A DNA stretch of 64,000 nt from Isurus oxyrinchus (Eukaryota), in NCBI GenBank assembly GCA_026770705.1, contig JANJGN010000038.1, forward strand, positions 9,982,001 to 10,046,000. The letters are read 5' to 3'. The notes under the pieces were generated by a model. That model did no database searches and was not told the DNA's origin. It saw only the letters and a list, made by a program, of their open reading frames with translations. Of this stretch, positions 51,901 through 64,000 are shown in pieces (position 1 is the stretch's first letter; each line of letters begins with the position of its first letter). Made by a program: the position numbers and the translations under genes.

Positions 51901-53715
51901 GATCTGAATCATTCTGAATGTGAAACTGAAATAACCTGAATGTGAACCTGACTTATTCTGAATATGAATCTAAATCTTTCTGAATGGGAACCTGAATCAT
52001 TGCGTATCCAAACATGAAAGTGCCTGAATATGAACATAAAACAATCACAAAGTTAATTTGCAACATTCTGAATGTAAATCTGAATCAATTTGAATCCAAT
52101 TATGAATCCATCTGAATGTGAATCTGACTTATTTTGTATGTTAATCTCAATAAATCATGATCCAATTCTAATCATTCTGAATTTCCATTAAACTATTCAA
52201 AATGAGAATGGGAATAATTCCGAATCTGAAGCTCAATTAATCAGAATCCGATTCTGAATCATTCTGAATTTGAATCTAACTATTTTTCAATGTGAATTAG
52301 GATGGTTCTGAATCAGAATCTGAATGACTCCCACGCCGAATATCACTCATTCAGAATATGAAACTGAATCATTTTGAATGAGAATCTGAATCAATTTGAC
52401 TGTGAACCTGAATTGTTGTGAATGTGAATTTGAACCATTCTGAATGTGAATCTGAATCATTCTGAATGTGACTTAGAACCTGATTCAAACTGAATCCTAA
52501 TATTGGTCAATCTCAATGTGAACTTGAACGATTCAGAATTTGAATCACAACCGTTCCAAATGTGAACCAGAATCATCCAGAATGTGAATCTGACACGTTC
52601 TGAATGTTCACATGATTCATTCACAACCAATAAATGAATGCTGCTAAGTTTGAATCTGGAGAATTCTGAATGTGAATCTGAATCGATTTAAACCTGAATC
52701 ATTCTGAATGTGAATAAGTATCTTTCTGCATAAGAATCTGACATGTCCTGAAATTTCACATGACTTAATCACAATTTCTAACTCAATGTTGCTAATATTG
52801 AATCAGAATCAATCTCTATGATAATCTGAATCATTATGAATGTGAAACGTAATGAATCGGAATGTGAATCTGAATCAACCTGAATGTGAATCAGAAACAT
52901 TATGAACTCTAATCAAATTATTTTGAATGGGAATCTGATTCATTGTATATCCGAATATAAAACAATCTAATATGAAACAATCCCATAGTCAATCTGAAAA
53001 AATTCAAATGTGAATATTAAGCAATCTGAAACATAACCTCAAGAATTTTGAATATGAATTAGAATAATTTCGAATGTGAATGTGAATCATTCTGAATATC
53101 AATCTGAATCATTCTGAACTCGGATCTGAATGCATCTCAATCCGAATCTGTTTGAACCTGAAAGTGAACCTGATTCAGTCCGAATTCGAACCTGAATCGA
53201 TAGGAATGTGAATCTGAATCATCCAAAATGCCAACCTGCTCATTCTGACTCTGAATCTCAATCATTCTGAACTACGAATCATTATGAAAGTGAATCTGAA
53301 GCATTCTGAATGTGAATGTGATTACCTCTGAATCCCAGTCTGAATCAATCCGAATCCAAATACGAATCAACCTGAACGTGAATCAGCAACTATCTGAGCC
53401 TAAATTATTCTGAATGTGAATATGAATTTGTCTGAATATGAATCTGAAGCATTCTGAATATGAATGTGAATCATTCTCAATGCGAAACGTAATCAAACTG
53501 AATATCGACCTTAATCATTCTGAATGTGAATCTGAATCAATCTGAATGTGAATCTGATACATTCTTAATTTTAGCATAATTCAATCACAATCTGTAACAC
53601 AATGGTTCTCATTTGGAATCTGAATCATTAAGAATGTGAATCTGAATTATTCTAAATGTAGATCTGATTCAACCTAAATCTGAATAGGAATCATTCAGAA
53701 GGTAATTATAAACCA
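45956..53715. repeat. 22-bp satellite (gaatgtgaatctgaatcattct)n with higher-order structure
   Basis: Hundreds of degenerate units; interrupted by a CR1 at 47410-48593. Confidence 0.95.
47410..48593 (-). mobile_element. CR1 LINE 3' part inserted in the satellite
   Basis: SKFTDETKIGG...RGDIDRLSEWAKKW ORF; (cataagaa)-type tail at 47410-47435. Confidence 0.9.
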
Positions 53716-54416
53716 TTATCTAAGGAAAGTTTTATTAGCATTGGAGGCAGTCAAGAGAAGATTCACTAGGTTGATCCCGAGCATGGAGGGATTTTCTTAT
53801 GTGGGGAAGTTGAGTAGGTTGAGGCTGTACTCATTGGAGTTTAGATAAATAAGAGTTTTCGTAATTGAAACATATAAGATTCTTAGAAGGTTTGGCAGGG
53901 TGGATGCTGAGAGGTTGTTTCCCCTTGTGGGAGAGTCTAGGTCTAGAAGGCATAATCTCAGAGTAAGGGGTTTCTCATTTATGTCAGAGATGAGGATTAA
54001 TTTCTTCCCTCAGGGGTAGTGAACCTATACAATTTTTTCTCGCAAAAGGCTGTAGAGGCTGGGTTGTTAAGTATATTTAAGACTGAAATAGACAGATTTT
54101 AAATCAGTAAGGGGATAAAGGGTTACGGGGAAAAGGCAGGAAAGTGGAATTGAGGATTATCAGATCAGCTGTGATCTCATTGAACGGCGGGGAAGGCCCG
54201 ATAGGCTGGATGGTCTACTTTTGCCCTGATGTCTTATGGTCTTATGGAGAATCTGTCCACCTCTACCTTAAAAATGTTCAAAGACTCTGCTTCCAACACC
54301 TTTTCCAGAAGAGAGTTACAAAGAACCACGAACCCCTGATGAAAAACAAATCTACTCATCTCTGTTTTAAATGGGCGACCTCTTATTTTCAATGGTGACT
54401 CTCACAAGAGGTAACA
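53715..54416. mobile_element. CR1 3' end (+, to ~54248) followed by an inverted CR1 fragment
   Basis: gcattggaggcagt...ggctgtactcattggagtttag...; tail cttatggtcttatgg. Confidence 0.85.
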
Positions 54417-54549
54417 NNNNNNNNNNNNNNNNNNNNNNNNNNNNNNNNNNNNNNNNNNNNNNNNNNNNNNNNNNNNNNNNNNNNNNNNNNNNNNNNNNNN
54501 NNNNNNNNNNNNNNNNNNNNNNNNNNNNNNNNNNNNNNNNNNNNNNNNN
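54417..54549. other. Assembly gap (133 N)
   Basis: Run of n. Confidence 1.
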
Positions 54550-54814
54550 TCCCTCTTTCCCTCTGTTTCCCTGTCTTACATCCTAAAATTCTCTAGTCAA
54601 GAAAATTAGTTGCTTAGTCTGGGAACTATGGCCCCAGATTTTTTAAGTTTGATGACCTCCAAAGTAAATGGTAAATGTTTGAAATGCATTTACTTTGGGG
54701 CAGCTTTTACAAGCTTCTCAACTCGACCTCCCCACTGTCTACAGTCAAATATTTCATTACGAAAAATAAAGGTTATATTCTAAAACATATGAACTGTAGC
54801 ATTAGGCATGCGTA

Positions 54815-55060
54815 ACACAAGGTTACTGCTAGACCGAAGTGTCAGGTACATGGTCAATGTTATACTGGGATATCAGGTAGAAAGTCATTTTTGGACTCAA
54901 ACATCAGTTACAAAGTGGCTGCTGGACCGGACTGTAAGGTGCAAGGTCAATGGTAGCTCGGGTTATCAGTTACAGGTCACCGTTGGATTGAAGTGTCGGG
55001 TGCAAGACCAGTAGAACACCAGAAGTCAATCATATGGTCACCATTTGACGATGGCATCTG
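54815..55060. repeat. Degenerate ~30-bp minisatellite
   Basis: Recurring ctggacc..gtgtcaggtgcaaggtca and tatcagttacaggtcac motifs. Confidence 0.5.
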
Positions 55061-55800
55061 TTGTCAGCTCATTGCTGAACTTATTTATCACTTCAAAAGA
55101 TCACCGTGATAGACAGGGTCTCAGTTCCATGGACACCAATATTCCATGGTTATCAATCACACGCTGTTTGTTACCCTGGGGTATCACTTACAGTGTCAGG
55201 GTTAAAGTTAAATAACCACTGTCAGAGCATAGTCTCCGTTATACAGTAGCTGTTAGAGCTGACAACAGTTTAAAATTACCAATCCTCTAGTTTCCGTTTT
55301 TTATCGTTAGATAATCAACGCCCTTTCATGCTATCTGACTATTACTGTTCCTGCCCATACTTTCACACGCCTGCTAACTTCATTCCCTTAGAAATGAATT
55401 TAAATCCTCAATTTGCAGGTTTAATTTTACCTCAGAAATAATCAGAGAATTGAAATTGTCAATTTCTGATCAGTGCTGTAAGCCTGCATGATTCCGTAGG
55501 TCTGTTTATTTTGCAAAAGCAGTTGAAGTAACGTGCTTGCTTTTGGATGAATTAACTTGTCAGGAATGCCACGTTGATTTCATGCTGTTGTTCCCATACA
55601 AGGTCAGGGAATGGGATAATTAAGTCATCTTGTTTGTTCAGCGGCTGTGACTAATGTAGCTCAGTGCATTGTTTAATTGAATCACTGGAGACCCTTCTCC
55701 GCCTATATCTAGACATTACTTTCACTGTGTTGATTAATGTTTGGTAGATTTTTGCCTCCAGTGCAAACAGTGTTCATTGGATCTCGCAGAAAATTAGATC

Positions 55801-55897
55801 ATGTTCTGGTATATTCCTACTGAACTTCGGATTCTGTGGGTAATTTATGATTTACAAAGGATTTACTATCCGCTCCTCGCTGCTGTTGGTGTTCCTG
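55801..55897 (+). CDS. First coding exon of a second GPR139-like GPCR (exon 2 not in window)
   Basis: MFWYIPTELRILWVIYDLQRIYYPLLAAVGVP then G|GTGAGT; same IYY..LAA..VP end and phase-1 donor as 39247-39178. Confidence 0.75.
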
Positions 55898-57159
55898 GTG
55901 AGTCATTATTTTCGAAATTTATTTACAACGTGTTTTTCACTGTGCTTGCTTTCCAAGTGCTTTCGGCGCGGTGATTAATTGTATTCTGTGTCTATCTTGT
56001 CTTCTGTGACTTGTAATGCTCTGTGTTTCTGTAATTTATCATTTCATCAGTTGCTGATTCCCTGTTCACGTTGAACGTTTCTACATTTTATGAATTGATT
56101 CAACTGACTTCTTTGAAAAATAATTTGGCTGGTTGACTATTTTACGCAATAAATTATTGATAGATTATAGTTATTGAACAGCTGCAATATGCTTTCTGAA
56201 TAGAAGCCTAATATCTGATCAGAAATATGTTTTGTGGGTATCGGTGTTACGTTCTGATGGAGATTGTAAATGACGCTGTTGTGTAGAAACCAGAACAGAA
56301 TATAGATCACGAATAACTCTGAAATTAGTGACACCTCTAATAATGATTCAGCTCCAGGCAACACTTTTCCCTTCCGCCATTTCCCGCTTTGTCTTAGAGT
56401 CACCAAATCCAAATTGTCAGGCGAGAAAAAATATTCTGTTGTATTTGGACGAATTAATTGCATTTCTCCTTTGTTCAGTGATGGTTCCAGAGATTTCTAT
56501 GATTCACCTTAACTATCCAACAGCTCCTCTTGATAGAAACAATTCCAGCTGATTAGAGATGTAGGACTGTGAATAGTGCAATCTTTAGATAAGTCCAGTT
56601 TCCTAATCGCTCTATCAGTTGTTCATCTGTTCAGTTCCCAGCAGCAGGAGCAAGGCTGCTCCAGACGTTTTCACAAAGTTACTGTTGCCCCACTGTGCCG
56701 TCTTATATTTACTGTTCAGATCATCACTCCATTGAAAGTATCAGTCTGTTTGTTAAATCGGATTTTGCATTATAGGTACCAGGTTCTCCTTGAAACAGCT
56801 GGTCTGCAGTTTGCATTGCATTGGTTGCAAAAGTCCAGGTGTCAACAAATAATACAGACTATTCATGATATTTTCAGAAATGTAAATGAATTCACCATTT
56901 TTGGCTTTGGCCACAACCTCCATACTCTTTTCACAAACTCTATTCACCTCCCTGACACCTGACTCTATTCGTTCCCTGGATAAATAAGCTCTCCCTCCCT
57001 ACTTACATTTTCACCCCAGCCTTTTACTTCGTTCCTGTTTCTGCCCATAAACATCAATTCCCTCCCTGCCTTAGTTTATTCATAATTATAGACCATAATT
57101 CCTCTCCCAATGAATTGGATTTCTAAATGTGTCCTTGGGAAATGGTGATTGGTGCAACT

Positions 57160-58100
57160 TTCTATTTATTGTTTATCCAGAGGTGAGCTGAGAAGCTGGT
57201 GCTGGGTCTTCTTGTTGAGCTGCTGTAGTCCTTCGGCTTAAGGTGCTCCCACCTATTATGAGGGAATTCCAGAACTCTGACTGAACATTGATGAAGGGAG
57301 GGCTTATCAGTCCAAGTCGGGATTGTACGTTAGGAATGGTGGATCTCACCATTTGTGGTGGATGGTTGTGGTTACTGGAGTTAACGGCATTGCAGCTCTT
57401 CACCTTATTGCCGTAAAGGTCACAGTGTGGGGAGGTATTGTCAAAGTAACCCCAGGGTTTGGGGAAGCTGTTTTTGTAGTCATGCTTCCTGCATCCACAG
57501 AAGAGGGGTGGTGAATATTGTGTCCAATCATGGACGGTCACTGTTAAACCATCCCTTCTGTACTGGAATGTGATTCTGCTCATTGTGTGATGTTGTGATA
57601 CCCACCCTGGTGATTACTGAGCTTTGCATCATATTTCAGACTTGAGACTTCCAGGTGCTGATGGGTTTGGTGGTTGGGTGCAGGGTGGGGAGCAGGGGAA
57701 TCAGCTCTTGAGTGTCATTTGACTCCCATTGAAATGATTTCTGCATGTGGACAATGAAGTGTTTTTCCATCGGGATGTTTCAGGTAGAGCCCAAGCTCAG
57801 TATTGGTGATCAGGGTGTGGGTGAGTAGATGCGACTTTTGGCACTACTTAAAGTTCCTCAATCAATTTACTGATAGCTTGTTGAGCTTTGCCGGTTGATA
57901 GGATGAGTTGAGGTAACCTCTCTCCCTGTCTGGTAGATTGTCTGTTTCACCATCAGGGTAACTGGGGAGCGGCCGCTCCCAGTTCCAAATTCCAAACCAT
58001 CTGGATGTTAACCCTCCCCATCACTGCTGCATTCCTACAGCTCCCAAACCGTTCAGTCACCTTGTCAGCTCCATCTTTGGTATCCTTTGTGTTACATTTC
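57160..58100 (-). mobile_element. Very old LINE remnant related to 44810-45955
   Basis: Reverse strand has gacttgg...ttctggaattccctc...ggactacagcagctcaa...caataaat, a decayed version of that family's 3' end. Confidence 0.5.
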
Positions 58101-58172
58101 TTTCTCATCTTTGGCAGTCTCCCTGGTACGCCCATTACCTCAGGCTCTGTATAGTCCAATAACCCTCACTTG

Positions 58173-58304
58173 GAGCGGAATTTTCCAGCCCTTCACGTCA
58201 GCAGGATCTCCTGTTCCATCCGATGTGAATGGAGATGTCAACGGCTCGGCGGCCCCGCCGCGGGTGGTGGGATAGCTGGGGGGCCGGCTTTCAAAATTCC
58301 GTCC
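58173..58304. mobile_element. MITE, 132 bp
   Basis: Imperfect terminal inverted repeats gagcggaatttt / aaaattccgtcc (10/12) around a GC-rich interior. Confidence 0.6.
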
Positions 58305-58949
58305 AAAGTGTCAATGGAAAATGATTGGTTTAAACAGTCATTGCCGGATCTGGCTGGATGACAGAAAGCACTTTCGGTTTGCGTTCACCTCAGGCAAAAC
58401 TGTTCACTCTTCCGCAGTCATTCTGAAATCCAAAATCAATCCCGACTTGTTCCAATGCTATAAATATCCGTTGAACATCTCCCTCCACTTTCACTCCAAA
58501 AGTAAGTGTGAGGGACTCTTGAAGAACTTCGCCACACAGGTTGACGCTGTTTAGCTGCCACTCCCACTGCCCCTTTCCTTAATGCATCAGGCAAAAGTGC
58601 CCTAAATTCCTCCCTGATTTTGTCGTGAATTCACACCTTCCTAGACTTTCCACCTCACATCCTCTCACCTTGTCCATGGGACCACTCACCTGTTCGGTTC
58701 ACCCAAATCCCACCGATCTGAAGAACACTGAAATTCCTCACGATGTTCCTCAGTTGCTGATATAGTTAATAATCCAATCTGCTTAGTTACTGTACTTCTG
58801 CTGTTCCAATCTGTAGCCATCATCGCTCTCTCTGTAAAAAAAAAACCTGCCGCCTCAGTCCCTGTAAGCAAACACTCAGTCTCTAACTTCTCTTTCCTCT
58901 ACAAAGACCTTGCAGCTTCTGGACATCTCTGTGCCACTTTAGTTATGGG

Positions 58950-61900
58950 GTCATAGAGTAACAGAGGTCTACTGAGAGGGCCTTTCGGCCCATCGAGTTT
59001 GCGCTGGTCAAACAAGTACCTAGCTTTGCTAATCCCACTTTCCATCACTAGGCCCTTAGCCTTGTATGCGATGACATTGCAAATGTCATCCAAATACTTC
59101 TTAAATGTTGGGAGGATTTCTGCCTCTACCACCCTTTCAGGCAGTGAGTACCAGATTCCCACCACCCGCTGGGTGGAAAAATCCTTCCTCACATCTCCTC
59201 TAATCCTTCTGCCCCTTACCTTCAATCCACGCCCCCTTGCTATTGATCCCTCCACCAAAGGAAAAAGTTGCTTCCTCTCTACCCTGCCTATGTCCCCCAT
59301 AATTTTATACACGTCAATCTCCTCTGCTCCCAGGAAAATAATCCCAGTGTATCCAACCTCTCCTCATAATTTAAACTCCCCAGCCCAGGCAACATCCTGG
59401 TAAAGCTCTTCTGCATTCTCTCAAGTGCAATCACATCCATCCTATAATGCTGATTTCAGAACTGCATGCAATACTCTAGCTGTGGCGTAACCAACGTTTC
59501 ATACAGTTCCAGCATAATCCCCCTGCTGTTACATTCTATGCCTCATATAATAAAGGCAAGTATCCCATATGCCTTTTAAACATCTTACCTACCTGTGCCG
59601 CTACATCAAGGGACTGGTGGACATGTACTCCAAGGTCCCTCTGATCTTCGGTACTTCCCACAGTCCAACCACTCTTCGTGTACTTCCGTACCTTTTTTGT
59701 CCTGCCCAAGTGCATCATCTCACACTTATCCGGATTAAATTCCATTTGCCACTGATCAGCCGTTCTGACCAGCCCTCCTCTAATCTAAGGCTATCCCCCT
59801 CATTATTTACCACCCTACCAATTTTCGTGTTATCTGCAAACTTACTGATCAACCCTCCTACATTCAAGTCTAAGTTGTTTATATATACGACAAACAGCAA
59901 GGGACCCAACACCAATCCCTGTGGAACCCCACCGGGCACAGGCATCCAGTCACAAAAACACCCCTCGACCATCACCTTCTGTTTCCTGACACTCAGCAAA
60001 TTCCGCATCAAATTTGTCAATTTGTCTTCAGTCCCATGGGTTCTTACCTTCATTATCAGTCTCCCATGAGTAACCTTATCAAAGGCCTTTCTGAAGTCCA
60101 AGTAGACTACGTCAAATGCATTGCCATCATCAACACACCTGGTCACTTCTTCGAAAAATTCAATCAAATTGGTCAGACATGACCTCCAATAAAGAAAACC
60201 ATGCTGACTGTCCAAGATTACTCCCTGCCTCTTCAGGTGTAGATTGACTCTGCCCCTCAGAATTGCTTCCAATAGTTTCCTCATCACTGAGGATTGGCTT
60301 ACTGGCCTGTAGTTCCCTAGTTTATCCTTTCCTCCCTTCTTGAATAAAGGTACAATATTGGCTGTCCTCTAGTCCTGTGGAACCTCTGCTGTGGCCAGAC
60401 AGGTATTGGAAATTATTGTCAGCGCCCCTGCTACCTCCTCCCTTGTCTCACTCAATAGCCTGGGATACATGTCATCCGGGCTTGGAGATTTATCCACTTT
60501 TAAGCCTGCCAGACCACTTAGAACCTCCTCCCTTTCTATGTTACTTTATTTAATTATATCGCAGTCCCTCTGCTTGATTTCCATTACAAAGTCGTCCCTC
60601 TTACTTGTGAACACCAACACAAATTATTGAGTTAGAACCCTACCTACGTCTTCCAGCTCTAGACACAAATTACTACTATGGTCCGTAATGGGCCCTAATC
60701 GTTCCCTAGTTATCCTCTTACTCTTAATGCACCTGTAAAATAACTTGGATTTGCCTTTAATTTACAGGCCAATGTTTACTTATGCCTCTTTTCGCTCTCC
60801 TAATTTCCTTTTGACGTTCCCCCTACACATTCTAGACTCTTCTAGGGCTTCTTTTGTTTTGAGCACACGGTCTCTGCAATAAGATACAATTTTCCGCTTT
60901 ACCTAATCCCGTATATCCCTTAACATCCAGGATTTGTTGGTCCCAATCGTTGTCTTTACTGGAGTACATTGGCCCTGTTCTCTCCCTATTTCCTTCTTGA
61001 ATGAGCCCCACTGCTCTGACGCAGAGTTACCTAAAAGTAGCTGCCCCCAGTCCACTCTGGCCAAATCATACTGATCTTATTAAAGTCGGCCTTCCCCCAA
61101 ATTAGAATTTTGCTTCCTGGCCTATCCTTGTCCTTTTCCATAACAACCTTGAATCTAACGGAGTTATGATCACTATCTGCAAAATGCTTCCCCACTGACA
61201 CCTTCTCAAGTTGACCAGATTCATTCCCTAAAACTAAGACCAGGGCGGCCCCCTCTCTTGTTGAGCTTTCTATGTACTGGCTTAACAAGCTCTTCTGGAT
61301 GTGTTTTAAGAATTCCGCTCCCTCTCACCTTATCACACTGTCAGTAACCCAGTTAACGGCGGTGAAGTTGAAATACCCCACTATTACCACCCTATTATTT
61401 TTACACTTCTCTGAAATTTGCCAACATATCTGCTCTTCTATTTCTCTCTAGCCGATTGGCTGCCTAAAGTACACCCCCAGCAGTGTGATTGCTCCTTTTT
61501 TGTTTTTCAGTTCTACCCATATGGCTTCATTTGAGGAGCCTTCTAAGATGCCATCCTTCCTTATTGCTGTAATTGAGTCCTTGATCAATTTTGCGATGCC
61601 CCATCCACTTTTTCTCCCTTCCCTGTCTCGCCTGAAGACCCTATATTCTGGAATATTGAACTGCCAATCCTGCCCCTCTCTCAACCATGCCTCTGTGACA
61701 GCAATGACATCACACTTCCATGTGTTAATTTTTGCCCTCTACTCATCTGCCTTATTGGTCTGGTTCCTTGCATTAAAATAAAAACCATCCAACTTTGCCA
61801 AACTCCCTTATGCCTTAACTGGCCTATAAATTCTATGTCTTTCAGACTCACTTGCTCTCTCTTCTAATTTTGGGTGTGCATCTCCCCCTGCTGAACCACC

Positions 61901-63000
61901 TCTCAGGATCCCCTCCCCCTGCCAAGTTAATTTAAACCCTCCAAAACTGCACTAGCAAACATGCCCGCAAGGAAGTTGATCCCATTCCGGTTCAGGTGCA
62001 ACACATTCGCCTTGTACAGATCCCACCGCCTCCAGAAACGGTCCCAACGTCCCAGCAATCTAAAGCCTTCCCTCCTGCACCATTTCTCCAGCCACGCATT
62101 CATCTGGGCTCGCCTCCTATTTCTATACTCACCAGCGTGTAACACCAGAAGTAATCCAGAGATTACTACCTTTGAGATCCTGTTTTTTAAACTGTTTCCT
62201 AGCTCCGTAAATTCTGCTTGCAGGACCTCATACTTCTTTCTACCTATGTCATTGGTGCTAATATGCACCACGATCTCTGCCTGTTTGCCTTCCCCGTTTT
62301 GAATTCCCTGCAGCCATTCAGTGACATCATTGACTTTGACACCAGGAAGGCAACATACCTTTCTGGAGAGACGTCTCCGGCCGCAGAAACGGCAATCTGT
62401 TCCCCTTATTATCGAGTCTCCTACCACTATTGCTCTTCCCCTCTTTTTTCCCTCCACCGACGCACCTCCCCCCCCCCCCGCCCCCCACCCCCGTGCAGCT
62501 CAGCCACTCACAGCGCTATGAGCGTGGCTGCACTCCACAGAGGAAGCGTCACTCTTACCATTTTCCAATACAGAGAAACAGCTCTCGAGCGAAATGCACC
62601 CTGGGGATTTCCTGCCTACTAGCCTGACACCTTTCTTCCCTCTGTGTCTGCACTTCCATAAGTTGTGGTGTGACCACGTCTAAAAACATGCGATCTACAA
62701 AACTCACAGCCTCACGGATGTGCATCAGTATCTCCAGCTGTCGCAGAAGTTCCAAAACTCGGAGCTCAGGTCGCTGCAGCTAGTGGCACTTCCTGCACAC
62801 GCGGTCGATAGGAGCGCAAGGAGCGTCGAGGAATTCCCACATTTTGCAGGCGATACATATCACGGGACTGAGCTGCCCTCCCATTCCTCTGTTGAAAAAA
62901 ACCCTTACTTTAAGTTAAATGCAGCAAAAGAGTTAAATTACTTATGTATTTTAAATGAAAACTAGCACACTCACCTTTCGTTAACTTAATCAATTTTAAC
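58950..63000 (-). mobile_element. Near full-length CR1 LINE (ORF1 SGNH-esterase; ORF2 APE endonuclease plus RT), disrupted
   Basis: GDSIIRG...HISTND...LHLN (61927-62457); EAIWVELKNKKGAITLLGVYFR and SDHNSVRF (endonuclease); YLDFRKAFDKV, GVPQG, KFADNTK (RT). Confidence 0.95.
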
Positions 63001-63094
63001 CTGGAGAAAAAATAACTGAAGAAAAACACTTACCATTACTCACCAATCAACTCTCACCTTTGTGCTGACATCACTTTTTGAAATGACTGCTTTA

Positions 63095-63780
63095 CCATGA
63101 TGCTGACAGCAAGACGCACTTCCCAGACTGCTTCACCGCGATGCTGACTGCAGGACGCTTTCCCAGACTGCTTCACCATGATAAAAACAAAAACTGCGGA
63201 TGCTGGAAATCCAAAACGAAAACAGAATTACCTGGAAAAACTCAGCAGGTCTGGCAGCATCGGCGGAGAAGAAAAGAGTTGACGTTTCGAGTCCTCATGA
63301 CCCTTCAACAGTATATGTTGTTGTCTGCCTCGGTTTAAGGTAGATCTCGTTGGGTAGAGATTGCACCACAGTAGTAAACTATTAATGAGTCGGGATTGTT
63401 TAATGTTGAAACAGGTTTTCATCCAGGAATTAGAGGCATACTCATTTCCATAATACTCGATGCCGGTTCCTTGGCATTGGAGGGTCATGAGACCTCAAAA
63501 CGTAAAGTCTTTTCTTCTCCGCCGATGCTGCCAGACCTGCTGAGTTTTTCCAGGTAATTCTGTTTTTGTTTTGCTTCACTGTGATGCTGACTCCAGGACG
63601 CTCTTCCCAGACTGCTTCACTGTGATGCTGAATGCAGGACGCTCTTCCCAGACTGCTTCGCCGTGATGCTGCCTGCAGGACGTTCCTCCCAGACTGCTTC
63701 ACCACGATGCTGACTGCAGGACGCTCTTCCCTGACTGCTTCGCCGAGATGCTGCCTGCAGGATGCTTTCCCTGTACTTTC
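63095..63780. repeat. 41-bp minisatellite (cttcaccgtgatgctgactgcaggacgctcttcccagactg) interrupted by a PLE insertion
   Basis: About 2 units before 63182 and about 5 after 63573. Confidence 0.85.
63182..63573. mobile_element. Inverted pair of young PLE ends around a ~170-bp unrelated spacer
   Basis: 63182-63311 and 63481-63573 are reverse complements over the terminal ~80 bp (gaattacctggaaaaactcagcaggtctggcagcatcggcggagaagaaaaga). Confidence 0.85.
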
Positions 63781-64000
63781 CAGGAAAACTATGCTTCAAT
63801 CTTTCTAAACATTCTTCCTCCTTGTTCCAACTCATACACCTTCTTTAACAAATTCACATACTCCACGTTGAACACCACTTGGAGGAAGCATTGAGGGTGG
63901 CAGTGGTGAACAATGTACTCTGGGTGAGGAACGTAAATGTTCAACACCAAGAGTGCCTCGGTAACATGACTGCTGACAGATCTGGCCAAGTACTAAAGGG

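Noticed and set aside
45956-53715. Satellite as an array of heat-shock or STAT elements
   Set aside because: GAA/TTC spacing (GAA-3-TTC, TTC-1-GAA) fits neither nGAAnnTTCn nor TTCnnnGAA.
56137-56962. ORFs as exon 2 of the second GPCR
   Set aside because: No N-L-x-x-I-x-I-L start after an acceptor on +, and no class A motifs.
61927-62457. Stand-alone SGNH/GDSL esterase gene
   Set aside because: It is CR1 ORF1, directly upstream of the endonuclease and RT remnants.

Overview
Repeat-rich vertebrate DNA, most likely a shark or other elasmobranch. That assignment is inferred from a germline-joined Ig light-chain cluster, GPR139-like GPCR paralogues and abundant CR1, Penelope-like and SINE repeats. 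The main genic feature is a complete immunoglobulin light-chain cluster on +: octamer/CCAAT/TATA promoter (14284-14344), leader exon (14420-14465), a V and J already fused with no RSS between them (14589-14949), and a C exon (18547-18867) with a polyA signal. It carries two frameshifts: +1 nt at the V/J junction and a probable 11-nt microhomology deletion in C. The leader and V domain are intact, so a secreted V-only product is still encodable. A kappaB/E-box cluster lies about 0.85 kb upstream of C. The window also holds a two-exon GPR139-like pseudogene (-, 34970-39247) and the first exon of a second paralogue (+, 55801-55897). The rest is CR1-clade LINEs, SINEs, a decayed Gypsy LTR element, Penelope-like element ends carrying minimal hammerhead ribozyme motifs (the youngest copies have an atypical CUGU core), several degenerate satellites (about 37-39, 39, 49, 22 and 41 bp units) and one 133-N gap. 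Most listed ORFs are spurious or transposon-derived. Repeat boundaries are approximate and no database searches were run.
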